The notes: generated from the sequence alone by a model not told the origin. A DNA stretch of 64,000 bases from Methylocella sp. (GCF_041905455.1 NZ_JAYRLA010000001.1:297737-361736); one strand, 5' to 3'; numbered from the stretch's first letter, positions 10,260 through 21,602 are shown. Numbers and translations are program-made.

Positions 10260-11300
10260 CTATCGCGTGTCGTAGTGGAACCAGATCGAATGCGGGTCGC
10301 CGCGCGGGGGCGGCGGGAAGGGGGCGGCGGCCTTGACGGCGGCCATCGCCGCACGGTCGAGGTCGGGACGCCCGCTCGCCCGATAGACCACCTGATGCGT
10401 GAGGTTGCCGCGCTCGTCGACGTAGAAGGCGACGATGCCGTCCGCCGCCTGGCGCCCGTCGCGCAGATCCGCCGGAATCTTCATGTGCGGCATGATCAGC
10501 CCGTACAGGATCGACAGATAGCTCGTCGGCGCGGTTCCGCCGCCGACCGGCGAGGGCTTGGCGCTCGAGCCGACCTTGTAGTCGGGGACGGGAGCGAGCG
10601 AGGCGAGCTGGTCCGACAGGGTCTGGCGCTTGGCCTGCGTCGGCGGCGCCTTCGAGGGCGCAGGCGCTTTTTTCTCGACGGCGCGCTTCGGCGGCGCAGG
10701 GGTCGCCTTGTCGAGCGCCTCGGCGCCGGGCTTGTCTTCGGCCGGCTTGGCGGGGGCGTCCTCGGCCGGACCCTGCTTGTCGGCGTCGGCCGGCGCTTCG
10801 GGCGGCTTCGGCGGCGCCGGCGTCTGCGCCGTCTGCTTCGAGGGCTCGGCCTTCGCCTGCGCCTTCGTCTCCTGGTCGGGCGCGACGCGCTCGATCTTCT
10901 CCTTGTTCTCGAAGCGCGGCGCGTCGGTCGCTATGCGCGCGTCGTCGTCGATCTTGGGCTTCGGCTTCTTCTCGGCTTTCTCTTTCGGAGGCGGCGGCTC
11001 GGGCGGAGGCGGCGGGGCGGGTTCGGGCGGCGGCTCCTGCACGAGCTCGACCGGAATCTCCTCCGGCGCCGACGTCTGCTGTTTCTCGAGCGAGGCTTCG
11101 TAAAGGACGACCGCGACGATCGCCGCGTGGATCGCGAGCACGAAGGCGAGGATGACGCCGAACCGGCCGCTCCCGCGCCGCGCCGCCTCGGGCGCGACGA
11201 GATGGTCCTCGGGCCGCGCCGTGAGCTGCGAATCCGTCTCGAACGCCGGATCGTCCGGCGCCTCGCGCGCGAGAAATTCGCCGGCGGCGTGTTGCAGCAT
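10260..11300 (-). CDS. tonB: Energy transducer TonB-like protein
   Basis: N-terminal TM helix (FGVILAFVLAIHAAIVAVVLY), Pro/Glu/Lys-rich spacer (PPPEPAPPPPPEPPPPKEKAEKKPKPK), and a C-terminal TonB-C-like domain (GIVAFYVDERGNLTHQVVYRASGRPDLDRAAMAAV). Confidence 0.8.
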   Translation of the reverse strand: MLQHAAGEFLAREAPDDPAFETDSQLTARPEDHLVAPEAARRGSGRFGVILAFVLAIHAAIVAVVLYEASLEKQQTSAPEEIPVELVQEPPPEPAPPPPPEPPPPKEKAEKKPKPKIDDDARIATDAPRFENKEKIERVAPDQETKAQAKAEPSKQTAQTPAPPKPPEAPADADKQGPAEDAPAKPAEDKPGAEALDKATPAPPKRAVEKKAPAPSKAPPTQAKRQTLSDQLASLAPVPDYKVGSSAKPSPVGGGTAPTSYLSILYGLIMPHMKIPADLRDGRQAADGIVAFYVDERGNLTHQVVYRASGRPDLDRAAMAAVKAAAPFPPPPRGDPHSIWFHYDTR

Positions 11301-11407
11301 CGTCTCCTGCGGCTGCGGCGCGGCCGGAGAGTCCCTTGCGATCGGATCGAAGCGCGCCGCCTTGAGATTTGGAAATCATGAGGCGCCGCAAAAGGCAAGC
11401 GGGCGGA

Positions 11408-12046
11408 TCAGAGCCGCGGGTCGACGCTCTCCCTGCGCAGGCCGAGCCGGTCGAGTCGCGCCGCGGCCCCGAAAATCATCGGCAGAACGTCCTCGACGCG
11501 CTCCGCCACCAGATAACGCACCTCGAACGAGGGCTGGATGAAACGGCGCTCGCGCATATGCGCGAACAGGTCGATGAGCGGGCGCCAAAACCCGCCGACG
11601 TCGGCGATGACGACGGGCTTGGTGTGGCGCTCGAGCTGCACCCAGGTCAGCTGCTCGACCAGCTCCTCGAGCGTGCCGACGCCGCCGGGCAGCGCGACGA
11701 AGGCGTCGGCGCGTTCGAACATCAAACGCTTGCGCGTGTGCATGTCCGGCACGACCACCGTCTCGACGACGTCGGCGAGCGAGCCTTCCTTGCGATGCAG
11801 GAACTCGGGGATGATCCCGGTGACGGCGCCGCCCGCCGCCGCGGCCGAGCGCGCCAGCGCGCCCATGAGGCCCAGCCCGCCTCCGCCATAGACGAGCTCG
11901 AGCCCCTCGGCGGCGATCGCGCGCCCGAGGGCGGCGGCGGCCTCCTCGTAGTCCGGCTCGACGCCGCGCGCCGAGCCGCAGTAGACGCACACCGACCTGA
12001 TGCGGCTGGGATTTTCGTCTTCTCGCCTTTTCGCGGCTTCGCTCAT
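11408..12046 (-). CDS. LOG family protein (TIGR00730 Rossmann fold; cytokinin riboside 5'-monophosphate phosphoribohydrolase-like)
   Basis: 212 aa. [11 protein letters not shown] and [10 protein letters not shown] signature motifs. Confidence 0.85.
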   Translation of the reverse strand: MSEAAKRREDENPSRIRSVCVYCGSARGVEPDYEEAAAALGRAIAAEGLELVYGGGGLGLMGALARSAAAAGGAVTGIIPEFLHRKEGSLADVVETVVVPDMHTRKRLMFERADAFVALPGGVGTLEELVEQLTWVQLERHTKPVVIADVGGFWRPLIDLFAHMRERRFIQPSFEVRYLVAERVEDVLPMIFGAAARLDRLGLRRESVDPRL

Positions 12047-12232
12047 GTTCTCCTTCCGGGCGGCTCCCGTCGCGGTCGAGCTTCGGTCCGCCGCCGCCCG
12101 AAGGCAAGCGGGGTCGGCGCGGCGAAGACGCGCGCGGGCGATGCGGCGCGCGCGCGGCGCGACTATATAGGGCGCAGCGCGTCTGGCGACGTCCCGCCGC
12201 GGCGCGCGCCCTCACGAAAGGTTTATCCCGAT

Positions 12233-14260
12233 TTGACGCCGCAGCAGCCATCGGCGGACTCCGCCTCGCCCCGCCTCGCGCAAGCGCCGATCGGGCGCCG
12301 CGCGGCGCCGGGAGCGGACTTGGCGCCGGGAGCGGACCTGGCGCCCTCAAGAGGAAGGCTCGGCCTCGCGCAGCTTCTCGCGCGCCTCGCGCCCTATGTG
12401 TGGCCGTCCGGGCGCCCGGACCTCATCCGGCGCATCTATGTCTCGGTCGCGTTTCTGCTGGCGGCCAAGCTCGTCACCATCGCGGTGCCCTACGCCTTCA
12501 AATGGGCGACCGACGCGCTGGTCGATCCTGCGAGCGTCCCGTTCTCCGGCCTGCTCGCCGCCCCGCTCGCCCTCGTCATCCTGTACGGCCTGCTGCGCGT
12601 CGCCATGGCGCTGTTCACGCAGGCGCGCGACGCGGTGTTCGCCGACGTCGCCATGCACGCCGTGCGGCGCCTCGCGAGCGACGTGTTCGAGCATCTGCAC
12701 CTGCTTTCGCTGCGCTTCCACCTCGAGCGCAAGACCGGCGGTCTGACGCGCATCCTCGAGCGCGGCCGCAACTCGATCGAGACGATCGTGCGCACGACCA
12801 TGCTGACGGCGGTTCCGACGCTCGTCGAGTTCGTCCTCATCCTCGCCGTGCTGAGCCTTCATTTCGACTGGCGCTTCGTCGCCGTGACGTCGGCGATGAT
12901 CGCCGCCTATCTCGCCTTCACCTTCGCGGCGACGAACTGGCGCATCGGCATCCGCCGGGCGATGAACGAGAGCGACACCGACGCCAACACCAAGGCGATC
13001 GACAGCCTGCTCAATTTCGAGACGGTGAAATATTTCAACGCCGAGGAGCGCGAGAAGGCGCGCTACGACGTCTCCATCGCCCGCTACGAGCGCATGAGCG
13101 TCAAGACCTACACCTCGCTCGCGCTGCTCAACGCCGGCCAGGCCGCGATCTTCACCGTCGGCCTCACCGCGGTCATGGCGATGAGCATGCGCGGCGTCGC
13201 GCGCGGCGAGAACAGCGTCGGCGACTTCGTGCTGGTCAACGCCATGATGATCCAGCTCTACCAGCCGCTCAGCTATCTCGGCATGGTCTATCGCGAGATC
13301 CGCCAGTCGCTGATCGACATCGAGACGATGTTCGAGATCATGGCGCAGACGCCGGAGGTGAAGGACCGGCCGGACGCGAAGCCGATCGTCGTCGGCGCCG
13401 GCGACGTGCGTTTCGAGAACGTCAGCTTCAGCTACGATCCGCGCCGGCCGATCCTGCAGGGCCTCTCCTTCGAGGTCCCGGCCGGCCGGACGGTGGCCAT
13501 CGTCGGCGCCTCGGGAGCCGGCAAGTCGACCATCGCCCGGCTGCTGTTCCGCTTCTACGAGCCGCAGGGCGGGCGCATCGTGATCGACGGACAGGATATT
13601 TCGCAGGTCACGCAGGTCTCGCTGCGCGCGGCGATCGGCATCGTTCCGCAGGACACCGTGCTGTTCAACGACACGATCGCCTACAACATCCGCTACGGAC
13701 GCGACGGCGCGGGCGACGCCGAGGTGCGCGAGGCCGCCCGCCTCGCCCAGATCGACGCCTTCATCGAGGCCGCGCCCGGCGCCTACGGGGCGCAGGTCGG
13801 CGAGCGCGGGCTGAAGCTTTCGGGCGGCGAGAAGCAGCGCGTGGCCATCGCCCGCACCATCCTGAAGGACCCGCCGATCCTCATCCTCGACGAGGCGACC
13901 TCGGCGCTCGACTCCTTCACCGAGCGCGAGATCCAGCACGCGCTCGAGCGCGTGGCGAAGGGCCGCACCACGCTGGTCATCGCCCACCGGCTCGCCACGG
14001 TGGTCGACGCCGACGAGATCATCGTGCTGGACAGGGGGCGCATCGTCGAGCGCGGCCCGCACGCCCGCCTCATCGAGGCGGACGGCGCCTACGCCGCGAT
14101 GTGGGCGCGCCAGTACGAGATCCGCCGCGCCGAGGAGACCCTGCGCCGCGCCGCCCGGGAGGAGGGCGACAGGGTGTCGATCGCCATCGAGCCGGACGAG
14201 GAGCGGGAGGACGAGCCGCACGCCGCGCCGTCGCCCCGGCGCGGCCCCGCGGCGGCCTGA
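12233..14260 (+). CDS. ABC transporter permease/ATP-binding protein, Atm1/HMT1-type exporter
   Basis: Six-TM exporter domain, then Walker [10 protein letters not shown], signature LSGGEKQR and Walker [10 protein letters not shown]. No in-frame ATG upstream of the TM domain. Candidate starts are TTG 12233 or TTG 12320, so the start is uncertain. Confidence 0.8.
   Translation: MTPQQPSADSASPRLAQAPIGRRAAPGADLAPGADLAPSRGRLGLAQLLARLAPYVWPSGRPDLIRRIYVSVAFLLAAKLVTIAVPYAFKWATDALVDPASVPFSGLLAAPLALVILYGLLRVAMALFTQARDAVFADVAMHAVRRLASDVFEHLHLLSLRFHLERKTGGLTRILERGRNSIETIVRTTMLTAVPTLVEFVLILAVLSLHFDWRFVAVTSAMIAAYLAFTFAATNWRIGIRRAMNESDTDANTKAIDSLLNFETVKYFNAEEREKARYDVSIARYERMSVKTYTSLALLNAGQAAIFTVGLTAVMAMSMRGVARGENSVGDFVLVNAMMIQLYQPLSYLGMVYREIRQSLIDIETMFEIMAQTPEVKDRPDAKPIVVGAGDVRFENVSFSYDPRRPILQGLSFEVPAGRTVAIVGASGAGKSTIARLLFRFYEPQGGRIVIDGQDISQVTQVSLRAAIGIVPQDTVLFNDTIAYNIRYGRDGAGDAEVREAARLAQIDAFIEAAPGAYGAQVGERGLKLSGGEKQRVAIARTILKDPPILILDEATSALDSFTEREIQHALERVAKGRTTLVIAHRLATVVDADEIIVLDRGRIVERGPHARLIEADGAYAAMWARQYEIRRAEETLRRAAREEGDRVSIAIEPDEEREDEPHAAPSPRRGPAAA
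12304..12345 (+). repeat. Tandem 18-bp repeat, about 2.3 copies (GGCGCCGGGAGCGGACYT)
   Basis: Read directly: 12304..12321 and 12322..12339 differ at one position, followed by a partial third copy. Encodes [12 protein letters not shown] if translated. Confidence 0.8.
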
Positions 14261-14355
14261 GGGACCGTCTTTCGATTTTCGCGCCGCCGTGTCAAACCAT
14301 GGCGGCGCGGCGCCTGGGCGCGCCCGGGCGCGCAACGCTCGCTTCAAGAGGCTTC

Positions 14356-15054
14356 ATGTCGTTCATCGAGACGATCCGCAGGCAGGTCGCGCCGATCCAC
14401 CCCGAGGGCTATGTCTTCGTCGCGGGCTTCGGCGTCGCGACCCTCGTGCTCGGCTCCTTCTTCGCCCCGCTGTTCTGGATCGGCGCGGTCGCCACCGCTT
14501 GGTGCGCCTATTTCTTCCGCGATCCGGTCCGCCAGACGCCGCTCGACGACTCCCTGCTGATCTCGCCCGCCGACGGGATGATCTCGTCCGTCGGCTTCTT
14601 CGTCCCGCCGCCCGAGCTCGGCCTCGGCGCCGAGCCGCTGCAGCGCATCTCGGTGTTCATGTCGGTGTTCGACTGCCATGTGAACCGCGCGCCCGTCGCC
14701 GGCCGCATCGTCAAGATCGCCTACAAGCCGGGCCTGTTCGTCAGCGCCGACCTCGACAAGGCGAGCGAGGACAATGAGCGCAACGGCCTCGTCATCGAGA
14801 CGCCGGCCGGCCGCTACGGCGTGGTGCAGATCGCCGGCCTCGTCGCGCGGCGCATCGTCTGCTTCGCGCGCCAGGGCGAGAGCGTGGGCGTGGGCGACCG
14901 CATTGGCCTCATCCGCTTCGGCTCGCGCGTCGACGTCTATCTGCCGCGCGCCGGCCGCGCCCTCGTCGCCGTCGGCTCGCGCGCGGTCGCCGGAGAAACG
15001 CCGCTGGCCGATCTCAAGCCCGGCGACGGCCGGCGCGCCTTCAAGTCGAGCTGA
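14356..15054 (+). CDS. psd: Phosphatidylserine decarboxylase proenzyme (short alphaproteobacterial type)
   Basis: ATG 14356. 232 aa. N-terminal TM segments, [13 protein letters not shown], and the LIRFGSRVD self-cleavage (GS) region. Confidence 0.85.
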   Translation: MSFIETIRRQVAPIHPEGYVFVAGFGVATLVLGSFFAPLFWIGAVATAWCAYFFRDPVRQTPLDDSLLISPADGMISSVGFFVPPPELGLGAEPLQRISVFMSVFDCHVNRAPVAGRIVKIAYKPGLFVSADLDKASEDNERNGLVIETPAGRYGVVQIAGLVARRIVCFARQGESVGVGDRIGLIRFGSRVDVYLPRAGRALVAVGSRAVAGETPLADLKPGDGRRAFKSS

Positions 15055-15058
15055 GCCG

Positions 15059-15619
15059 ATGCCTCGTCCCGATCCCGCCGTCGCGCGCCTCGCCCGCCCC
15101 GATCTGGAGCCGTGTCCGTTCAGGCTGCGGAACGGCGTCGTCTGCCTGATCCGCCCGACGCGGCCGGGCGACAAGCCGAAGATCGTCAGGGCCTTCGGCG
15201 AGCTTGGCCCCGAGACGCGGTACAATCGCTTCCTCGGCTACAAGACAGAAGTCTCGACGACCGAGCTCGAGCGCATCACCGAGGTCGATTTCTCCCGCGA
15301 CTGCGCCTTCCTCGCCACCCTGGGAAACGGGGAGGACGAGCTCGTGATCGGCGGCGCGAGCTTCTTCTCCCTCGACGGGGCGACGCCGCCCGAGCGCGCC
15401 GAGGTCGCCTTCACGATCGAGGAGAATTTTCAGCGCCAGGGGCTCGCGTTGGAGCTGATGCGGCGGCTGATCGACTCCGCCCGCGCCGTCGGCGTCCGCC
15501 GCCTGGAGGCCGAGGTGCTCGGCACCAACGTCGGCATGCTCACCGTGTTCAGGCGCAGCGGCCTGCCGCTCGAGCGGGAGCTCGAGGAAGGCGTCGTCCA
15601 TGTGCGGATGGAGCTGTGA
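15059..15619 (+). CDS. GNAT family N-acetyltransferase
   Basis: ATG 15059. 186 aa. FTIEENFQRQGLALELMRRLIDSA is motif A. Confidence 0.7.
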   Translation: MPRPDPAVARLARPDLEPCPFRLRNGVVCLIRPTRPGDKPKIVRAFGELGPETRYNRFLGYKTEVSTTELERITEVDFSRDCAFLATLGNGEDELVIGGASFFSLDGATPPERAEVAFTIEENFQRQGLALELMRRLIDSARAVGVRRLEAEVLGTNVGMLTVFRRSGLPLERELEEGVVHVRMEL

Positions 15620-15704
15620 CCCTGACGCCCCGCAAATCATTTGCCCGCGCCGCGCGCCTTCCGTATCGTCGCGCGCGCTGATGCACCCCTGAACCGGATC
15701 CGCG

Positions 15705-16676
15705 ATGGCCGCGCCTCAATTCTCCGACTATCTCGTCGAGCGGCGGCTTCTCGGCCGCCGCCTGTCCTTCTGGCGCCTCGCCGCCTTCGTCGCGGCGGCT
15801 CTGTTCATCCTCGTCCTGGGGCTGCGCCTGTTCTCGGGCGAGGACGGGCCGCATCTTTCCCCCCATATCGCGCGCCTCAACATCCGCGGCGTCATCACCG
15901 GCGACCGCGAGACGTTGCGGCTGATCTCGCGCCTCGAGGACTCCGCCGCCGCCGCCGTGCTGGTGTCGATCGACAGTCCTGGAGGCACGACGGCGGGCGC
16001 CGAGCGCCTTTACGACGCGCTGCGCCGGCTCTCGGCCAAGAAGCCCACGGCGGCCGTGGTCGGCTCGCTCGCCGCGTCCGGCGGCTACATCGCCGCGCTC
16101 GGCGCCGACCAGATCGTCGCGCTCGGCAACTCGCTCGTCGGCTCCATCGGCGTGCTGGTGCAATATCCGAACGTCTCGGAGCTGCTCGACAAGATCGGCG
16201 TCAAGGTCGAGGGCGTGAAGTCCTCGCCGCTGAAGGCCGCCCCCAACGGCCTCGAGCCGACGAGCCCGGAGGCGCGGGCGGCGCTCGAATCGCTGGTGAT
16301 GGACAGCTACGGCTGGTTCAAGGGCCTCGTGCGCGAGCGCCGCGGCTTCGACGACGCGCAGCTCGCCGCCGTTTCGGACGGGCGGGTGTTCACCGGCCGG
16401 CAGGCGCTCGGCCTGCGCCTGATCGACCGGCTCGGGGGCGAGCGCGAAGCGATCGCCTGGCTCGAGCAGGAGAAAGGCGTCGCCAAGGGCCTCAGCGTGC
16501 AGGACTGGCGCGCTGACCGCTCCTTCCGCTTCGGTCTGTTCTCGTCCGCGGCGGGCGTGGCGACGTTGCTCGGGCTCGACGATCTCGCCCGCATGCTCGA
16601 GCGTGGCGGAGAGCGCGTGGAGGGCCGAATGCTTGACGGTCTCGTCTCGATTTGGCAAGTTGACGGCGCGGATTGA
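15705..16676 (+). CDS. sppA: Signal peptide peptidase SppA, 36K type
   Basis: 323 aa. N-terminal TM, IDSPGGT, and the AASGGYIAA catalytic Ser region. Confidence 0.85.
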   Translation: MAAPQFSDYLVERRLLGRRLSFWRLAAFVAAALFILVLGLRLFSGEDGPHLSPHIARLNIRGVITGDRETLRLISRLEDSAAAAVLVSIDSPGGTTAGAERLYDALRRLSAKKPTAAVVGSLAASGGYIAALGADQIVALGNSLVGSIGVLVQYPNVSELLDKIGVKVEGVKSSPLKAAPNGLEPTSPEARAALESLVMDSYGWFKGLVRERRGFDDAQLAAVSDGRVFTGRQALGLRLIDRLGGEREAIAWLEQEKGVAKGLSVQDWRADRSFRFGLFSSAAGVATLLGLDDLARMLERGGERVEGRMLDGLVSIWQVDGAD

Positions 16677-16810
16677 CGGCCCGATGAAACGTCGTCTCGG
16701 CGTTGCGTCGCCGGCGTTTTCGTCTTGGCGCTCCCTGTCCCGGCGGCGCGCCGCCCTCCACGATTTCTACGCCGGCCAATTCCAATGATGCCTGTTTCTG
16801 GGCGGGGCGC

Positions 16811-17101
16811 ATGATCAAATCCGAGCTGGTTCAGCGCATCGCCGACCGCAACCCTCATCTTTACCTTCGCGACGTCGAGAAGATCGTCAACGCCATCCTC
16901 GACGAGATCACCAGCGCGCTCGCCCGCGGCGACCGCGTCGAGCTGCGCGGCTTCGGCGCCTTTTCCGTCAAGCATCGCGACGCGCGCGTCGGCCGCAACC
17001 CGCGCACCGGCGCCCATGTCGAGGTCGACGAAAAGGTCGTGCCCTTCTTCAAGACCGGCAAGGAGATGCGCGAGCGGCTGAACGACGGCGACGCCGGCTG
17101 A
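16811..17101 (+). CDS. ihfB: Integration host factor subunit beta
   Basis: ATG 16811. [11 protein letters not shown]...[26 protein letters not shown] is the classic IHF/HU fold signature. Confidence 0.9.
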   Translation: MIKSELVQRIADRNPHLYLRDVEKIVNAILDEITSALARGDRVELRGFGAFSVKHRDARVGRNPRTGAHVEVDEKVVPFFKTGKEMRERLNDGDAG

Positions 17102-17176
17102 CCGGCGCCGTCCTTTCGTCGAGCCTCTGGTCTCCGGCGCAATGAATCCTCCACCCCAAGCGAAACGATCCGGCCG

Positions 17177-17503
17177 ATGGCGCGCTTTCTGAAATGGTTG
17201 ATCCTCCTGCCGGTCGCCGCGGTCGTCCTCGCCCTCGCGGTGGCCAACCGTCACAGCGTGACGATCTATCTCGACCCGTTCCCCGGCGGCGTCCCGGACG
17301 GGCCGCAGGTCGCGGCGCCCTTCTATCTCGTGCTGCTGCTCACCCTCATGCTCGGCGTCCTGATCGGCGGCGTCGCGGCCTGGGTGCGCCAGGGGGCGAG
17401 GCGCCGGGAGGCGCGCCGGACGCGGGCCGATCTGCGGCGCGCCCATGCCGAGCTCGCCCGCAACGACCTGCTGCCGGCGCTCGAGCATCGCAAGGGCGCC
17501 TGA
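17177..17503 (+). CDS. LapA-domain (DUF1049) inner-membrane protein
   Basis: 108 aa with two TM helices and a basic C-terminal tail. Sits in the usual position between ihfB and trpF. Confidence 0.7.
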   Translation: MARFLKWLILLPVAAVVLALAVANRHSVTIYLDPFPGGVPDGPQVAAPFYLVLLLTLMLGVLIGGVAAWVRQGARRREARRTRADLRRAHAELARNDLLPALEHRKGA

Positions 17504-17540
17504 AGGCGCCAGGGGGCGTCGTGAGCCGCCTCGTCGAGAC

Positions 17541-18206
17541 ATGAGCGTCCTCGTCAAGATCTGCGGCCTGTCGACGCCGCGCGCCGTCGACGCCGCGCTT
17601 TCCGCCGGCGCCGACATGATCGGCGTCGTGCATTTCGAGCGCAGCCCGCGCCACGTTTCGCTCGACCTCGCGCGAAAGCTCTTCGCGCGCGCCGGAACGC
17701 GGGCGGCGAGGACGCTTCTGACGGTCGACGCCGGCGACGCCTTCCTCGCCGACGCGCTTTCCCTGCTTCGGCCCGACTTCCTGCAGCTGCACGGGCGCGA
17801 GCCGCCCGAGCGCGCGGCCGCGTTGCGCGCCGCCTTCGACGTGAAGATCATCAAGGCGCTTCCCGTCGAGGACGCCGCGGACCTTTCCGCCGCGAACGCC
17901 TACGCCGAGGCCGCCGACATGCTGCTGTTCGACGCGCGCCCGCCCAGAGGCGCGGCGCTTCCCGGCGGCAACGGCCGGAGCTTCGACTGGCGCCTGCTGC
18001 GGGGCTTCGCCGCGCCGGCGCCGTGGCTGCTCGCCGGCGGGCTCGACGCCGGCAACGTCGCCGAGGCGCTCGCAGCCTCAGGCGCGCCGGGCGTCGACGT
18101 CTCCTCCGGCGTCGAAAGCGCGCCCGGGGTCAAGGACGAGGCGAAGATCGCCGCCTTCCTGCGCGCCGCGCGGGCCGGGGTTTCGCGCGTGGGCGAGACG
18201 GGCTAA
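17541..18206 (+). CDS. trpF: N-(5'-phosphoribosyl)anthranilate isomerase
   Basis: ATG 17541. VKICGL...[15 protein letters not shown]...LAGGL..NV typical of TrpF. Confidence 0.85.
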   Translation: MSVLVKICGLSTPRAVDAALSAGADMIGVVHFERSPRHVSLDLARKLFARAGTRAARTLLTVDAGDAFLADALSLLRPDFLQLHGREPPERAAALRAAFDVKIIKALPVEDAADLSAANAYAEAADMLLFDARPPRGAALPGGNGRSFDWRLLRGFAAPAPWLLAGGLDAGNVAEALAASGAPGVDVSSGVESAPGVKDEAKIAAFLRAARAGVSRVGETG

Positions 18207-18288
18207 ACAGCCTGCGGCGAGGCGCCCCGGCGCGTTTTCTCGCCGAAGCCTCGCCGTCTCTTCGCACGACGCATCACGGAAGACGCAT

Positions 18289-19539
18289 ATGACCGACGCG
18301 GCCGTTTCGCTGCCCAACTCCTACCGCGCCGGACCCGACGAGCGCGGCCATTTCGGCGTTTTCGGCGGCCGTTTCGTCGCCGAGACGCTGATGCCGCTGA
18401 TCCTCGACCTCGAGCGGGAATATGAGGCGGCGAAGGACGATCCCTCGTTTCGCGCCGAGCTCGACGGCCTGCTCAAGCATTATGTCGGCCGGCCGAGCCC
18501 GCTTTATTACGCCGAGCGGCTCACCGAACACGCCCGCGCGCTGGCGCAGACCGCCGGGCGCGAAGGCGGGGCGAAGATCTATTTCAAGCGCGAAGACCTC
18601 AACCACACCGGCGCGCACAAGATCAACAATGTGCTGGGCCAGATCCTGCTCGCGCGGCGCATGGGCAAGACGCGGATCATCGCCGAGACGGGCGCCGGCC
18701 AGCATGGCGTCGCGACGGCCACCGCCTGCGCCCGCTTCGGCCTTAAATGCGTCGTCTACATGGGCGCCGTCGACGTCGAGCGGCAGAAGCCCAACGTCTT
18801 CCGCATGAAGCTGCTCGGCGCGACGGTCGTGCCGGTGCAGGCCGGCGCGAAGACGCTGAAGGACGCGATGAACGAGGCGCTGCGCGACTGGGTGACCAAT
18901 GTCGCCGACACCTTCTACTGCATCGGCACGGCGGCCGGCCCGCATCCCTATCCCGCCATGGTGCGCGATTTCCAGTGCGTCATCGGCGAGGAGGCGAAAG
19001 CGCAGATGGGCGAGGCGGAGGGGCGGCTGCCCGACTCGCTGTTCGCCTGCATCGGCGGCGGCTCCAACGCCATCGGCCTGTTCCACCCCTTCCTCGACGA
19101 CCCGTCGGTCGAGATCTTCGGCGTCGAGGCGGCCGGCTTCGGCCTGCACGACAAGCACGCCGCCTCGCTCGCCGGCGGGCGTCCCGGCGTGCTGCACGGC
19201 AACCGCACCTATCTGCTGATGAACGAGGACGGGCAGATCGAGGAAGGCCATTCGATCTCGGCCGGCCTCGACTATCCGGGCATCGGCCCCGAGCACTCCT
19301 GGCTCAAGGAGAGCGGGCGGGTGACCTATCTGTCGGCGACGGACGACGAGGCGCTGCAGGCGTTCAAGCTGTGCTCTGAGCTCGAGGGCATCATTCCGGC
19401 GCTCGAGCCGGCGCACGCGCTGGCCAAGGCCGCGGAGATCGCGCCGCTGAAGCCGCGCGATCATCTGATGGTGGTGAACATCTCCGGCCGCGGCGACAAG
19501 GACATCTTCACTGTGGCCGATCACCTCGGCGGGATGTGA
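18289..19539 (+). CDS. trpB: Tryptophan synthase beta chain
   Basis: 416 aa. HTGAHKINN (PLP lysine), [18 protein letters not shown]. Confidence 0.95.
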   Translation: MTDAAVSLPNSYRAGPDERGHFGVFGGRFVAETLMPLILDLEREYEAAKDDPSFRAELDGLLKHYVGRPSPLYYAERLTEHARALAQTAGREGGAKIYFKREDLNHTGAHKINNVLGQILLARRMGKTRIIAETGAGQHGVATATACARFGLKCVVYMGAVDVERQKPNVFRMKLLGATVVPVQAGAKTLKDAMNEALRDWVTNVADTFYCIGTAAGPHPYPAMVRDFQCVIGEEAKAQMGEAEGRLPDSLFACIGGGSNAIGLFHPFLDDPSVEIFGVEAAGFGLHDKHAASLAGGRPGVLHGNRTYLLMNEDGQIEEGHSISAGLDYPGIGPEHSWLKESGRVTYLSATDDEALQAFKLCSELEGIIPALEPAHALAKAAEIAPLKPRDHLMVVNISGRGDKDIFTVADHLGGM

Positions 19540-19551
19540 GGCCGCAGGGGC

Positions 19552-20862
19552 TCACTCGCCGGCGAGCTTGTTCGACAAGCCGGCCGGCGTCCCGAGCCCC
19601 GTGCAGAGATCCCAGCCGGAACCTGCGGCGTCGCCGAGATAGAAGCCGCAATAGCCGAGGGTGACGTCGGTCCAGCCGGCGCCGCTCTTGCCGAGCGTCG
19701 CATAAATGACCGCGAGCTCCGACGCGCTCGAGGCGCGGAACGTCGCGGCGGCGTTGGCGATCGCCGCCGTCACCGGCGAGGCGAGGCTGGTGCCGCCGAC
19801 GATCAGCCAGCGCCCATAGCCGTAATAGGTCGAATTATAGACCCACGCGCCGGTGCGCGGGTCGGCGATCGCCGCGACGTCGGGGACGCCACGCACTTTG
19901 ACGATGGAGGCTATGCCCTTCTGGTAGCTCGGGCGCTTCTCATAGGCGCTGGCGCCGCCGCCAGTGTCCACCCAGGCGGCTTGCGCCTGAAGCTTTCCGG
20001 TCTGCTGGTTGCGGCTGTTCGACGTCCCGCCGACGCAGACGACGTTCGGCGACACGCACGGATACTCCGTGCCCGCCTCGTCCCCCGAAGAGGCGAAGAA
20101 CACGACCTTGGATCCCTTGAAATAGGAGTCGAAGCTGGTTTCGGAGGAGAACTCCGAGCCGCCCCAGCTCATCGACACCTCGCCGCCGCCGGCGGCGGCG
20201 ACGAGCTGGGCGGCCTTGGTCACGCCCGCGAACAGGTCGGAGTAGGAATTGGAGTTCGTCTCGACGAGGAAAATCTTCGCCTTCGGGGCGAGCCCGTGGG
20301 CGTATTCGATGTCGAGCGAGGCCTCGATGTCCCAGCCGGAGCCGGCGCCGTTCGGCGGCTGCGAGCCCGAGGCGTAGACGACCTTGAAGTTCGACGACGT
20401 GGGCGCGGGCAGCCCGAACTGCTTGGAGAAGGCGGCGAGATCGGCCTGCGCGTTCGTGTAGTCATACGCGTCGACGATGGCGATGGCCCTCGCTCCGCGG
20501 CTCGAATTGGTCAGCGCGCTGGTCGGGGAGCAGCCCGAGGGTCCGGCGGCGACGCCGTAGACGCAGGCGATGGAGGCCGGCGTTTCGAAAAAGGAGCCGG
20601 CGGTCGGCGGGCCGGATTGCGAACTCGGCGCGGCGGACGGCGGCGTCGCGCCGGCGGGCGGGATCATGATTCGCAGATGGGTGCGCGCACGCCGCCCATC
20701 CTGCGTCGCGTTAGGCTGGCTGGAGGAGGGGCGGACGATGACGCCCGCGCCGGGCCCGTCCGCTACGGACGCGCCGGGGCTCGCCTGTTGCGCGCCCGCC
20801 GCCGTGACGGCGCCGAGCGCCGCGCCGGAGGCGAGGAAAGCTGCAAGGATCGTCGTCTTCAT
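19552..20862 (-). CDS. Secreted S53 (sedolisin) family serine-carboxyl peptidase, apparently without a canonical prodomain
   Basis: ATG at 20862 with GGGAGG 8 nt upstream, and a signal peptide MKTTILAAFLASGAALGAVTAAGA. Catalytic pattern DIEASLDIEY (Glu-x3-Asp), SSGDEAG and GGTSLASP. Only a ~70-aa Pro/Ser/Ala-rich linker precedes the catalytic domain. Confidence 0.75.
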   Translation of the reverse strand: MKTTILAAFLASGAALGAVTAAGAQQASPGASVADGPGAGVIVRPSSSQPNATQDGRRARTHLRIMIPPAGATPPSAAPSSQSGPPTAGSFFETPASIACVYGVAAGPSGCSPTSALTNSSRGARAIAIVDAYDYTNAQADLAAFSKQFGLPAPTSSNFKVVYASGSQPPNGAGSGWDIEASLDIEYAHGLAPKAKIFLVETNSNSYSDLFAGVTKAAQLVAAAGGGEVSMSWGGSEFSSETSFDSYFKGSKVVFFASSGDEAGTEYPCVSPNVVCVGGTSNSRNQQTGKLQAQAAWVDTGGGASAYEKRPSYQKGIASIVKVRGVPDVAAIADPRTGAWVYNSTYYGYGRWLIVGGTSLASPVTAAIANAAATFRASSASELAVIYATLGKSGAGWTDVTLGYCGFYLGDAAGSGWDLCTGLGTPAGLSNKLAGE

Positions 20863-20891
20863 GAGAATTTCCTCCCGATCGCCTTCGGCGC

Positions 20892-21602
20892 CTACTTGAG
20901 TCTGTAAGTGTAACGGCTCTGCGGAGTCGCGGCGTCCTGGCCAGTCGTCGTCTTGAAGGACGCGACCGTCAGATAATCGCCGCTCTGCGACGCGCCGATG
21001 ATCGTTCCCGCTCCCCACTGACCGCCGCAGGCGGCGCCGTCTTCTATGATTCCGTAGCTGTATTCGGTGCTGGTGATCCCGGCCGGCTTCAGCCGCGTGG
21101 CGTAGAGGGGATTTTGCTTGATGTCGCCGACATAGAAGGTCGTCGGTATGCCGCAGTACTTGAGCAGCGCAGGCGCCGCGTTGGTCTGCCATCTGGTGAT
21201 CGACTGGGCGGCGACCACGCTGGGGCCGACGAGGACGAGGCCATAATTCGGGTTGGACGGATAGACGTAGGTTCCGGCGTTGAATTTGGCGCTGAGGACC
21301 GGGGGAGACGCGGTCTGCGTGGGCTTGGCCGGCGAGACGGTGAGCACGCCGGTGGATGAAGCGGTCAGGTTGATCGTCACGTCCTTGTAGATATAGGAGC
21401 CGTTCGGCAGCTTGATCGGCAGGCGGTTGAGGATGATCGTCGAGCCCGTCGCGACGACGTTGGCGTAGTCGAGGACGACGGTGGAGGCGGAAGTCGCGAC
21501 GGGCTCCGCCGCCGACTGAGCCAGCGTCGCGGCGGGAACGGCGGCGGACAGAGTCGCGATAGCGGCCAGAAGGGCTGGGCGCGGAGATAATTCAAGACGC
21601 AT
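20892..21602 (-). CDS. Secreted hypothetical protein, beta-rich, co-oriented 29 nt upstream of the S53 peptidase
   Basis: 236 aa. Signal peptide ...AAVPAATLAQS, a Thr/Ser/Val/Tyr/Gly-rich body, no motif recognised. Confidence 0.6.
   Translation of the reverse strand: MRLELSPRPALLAAIATLSAAVPAATLAQSAAEPVATSASTVVLDYANVVATGSTIILNRLPIKLPNGSYIYKDVTINLTASSTGVLTVSPAKPTQTASPPVLSAKFNAGTYVYPSNPNYGLVLVGPSVVAAQSITRWQTNAAPALLKYCGIPTTFYVGDIKQNPLYATRLKPAGITSTEYSYGIIEDGAACGGQWGAGTIIGASQSGDYLTVASFKTTTGQDAATPQSRYTYRLK

Noticed and set aside
10183-11391. 402-aa and 368-aa ORFs (10183..11391 minus strand, 10275..11381 plus strand) overlapping the tonB-like gene.
   Set aside because: They are Arg/Gly-rich off-frame or antisense translations of the Pro/Lys/Glu-rich TonB spacer. 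The 10260..11300 frame carries the TM helix and the TonB C-terminal domain.
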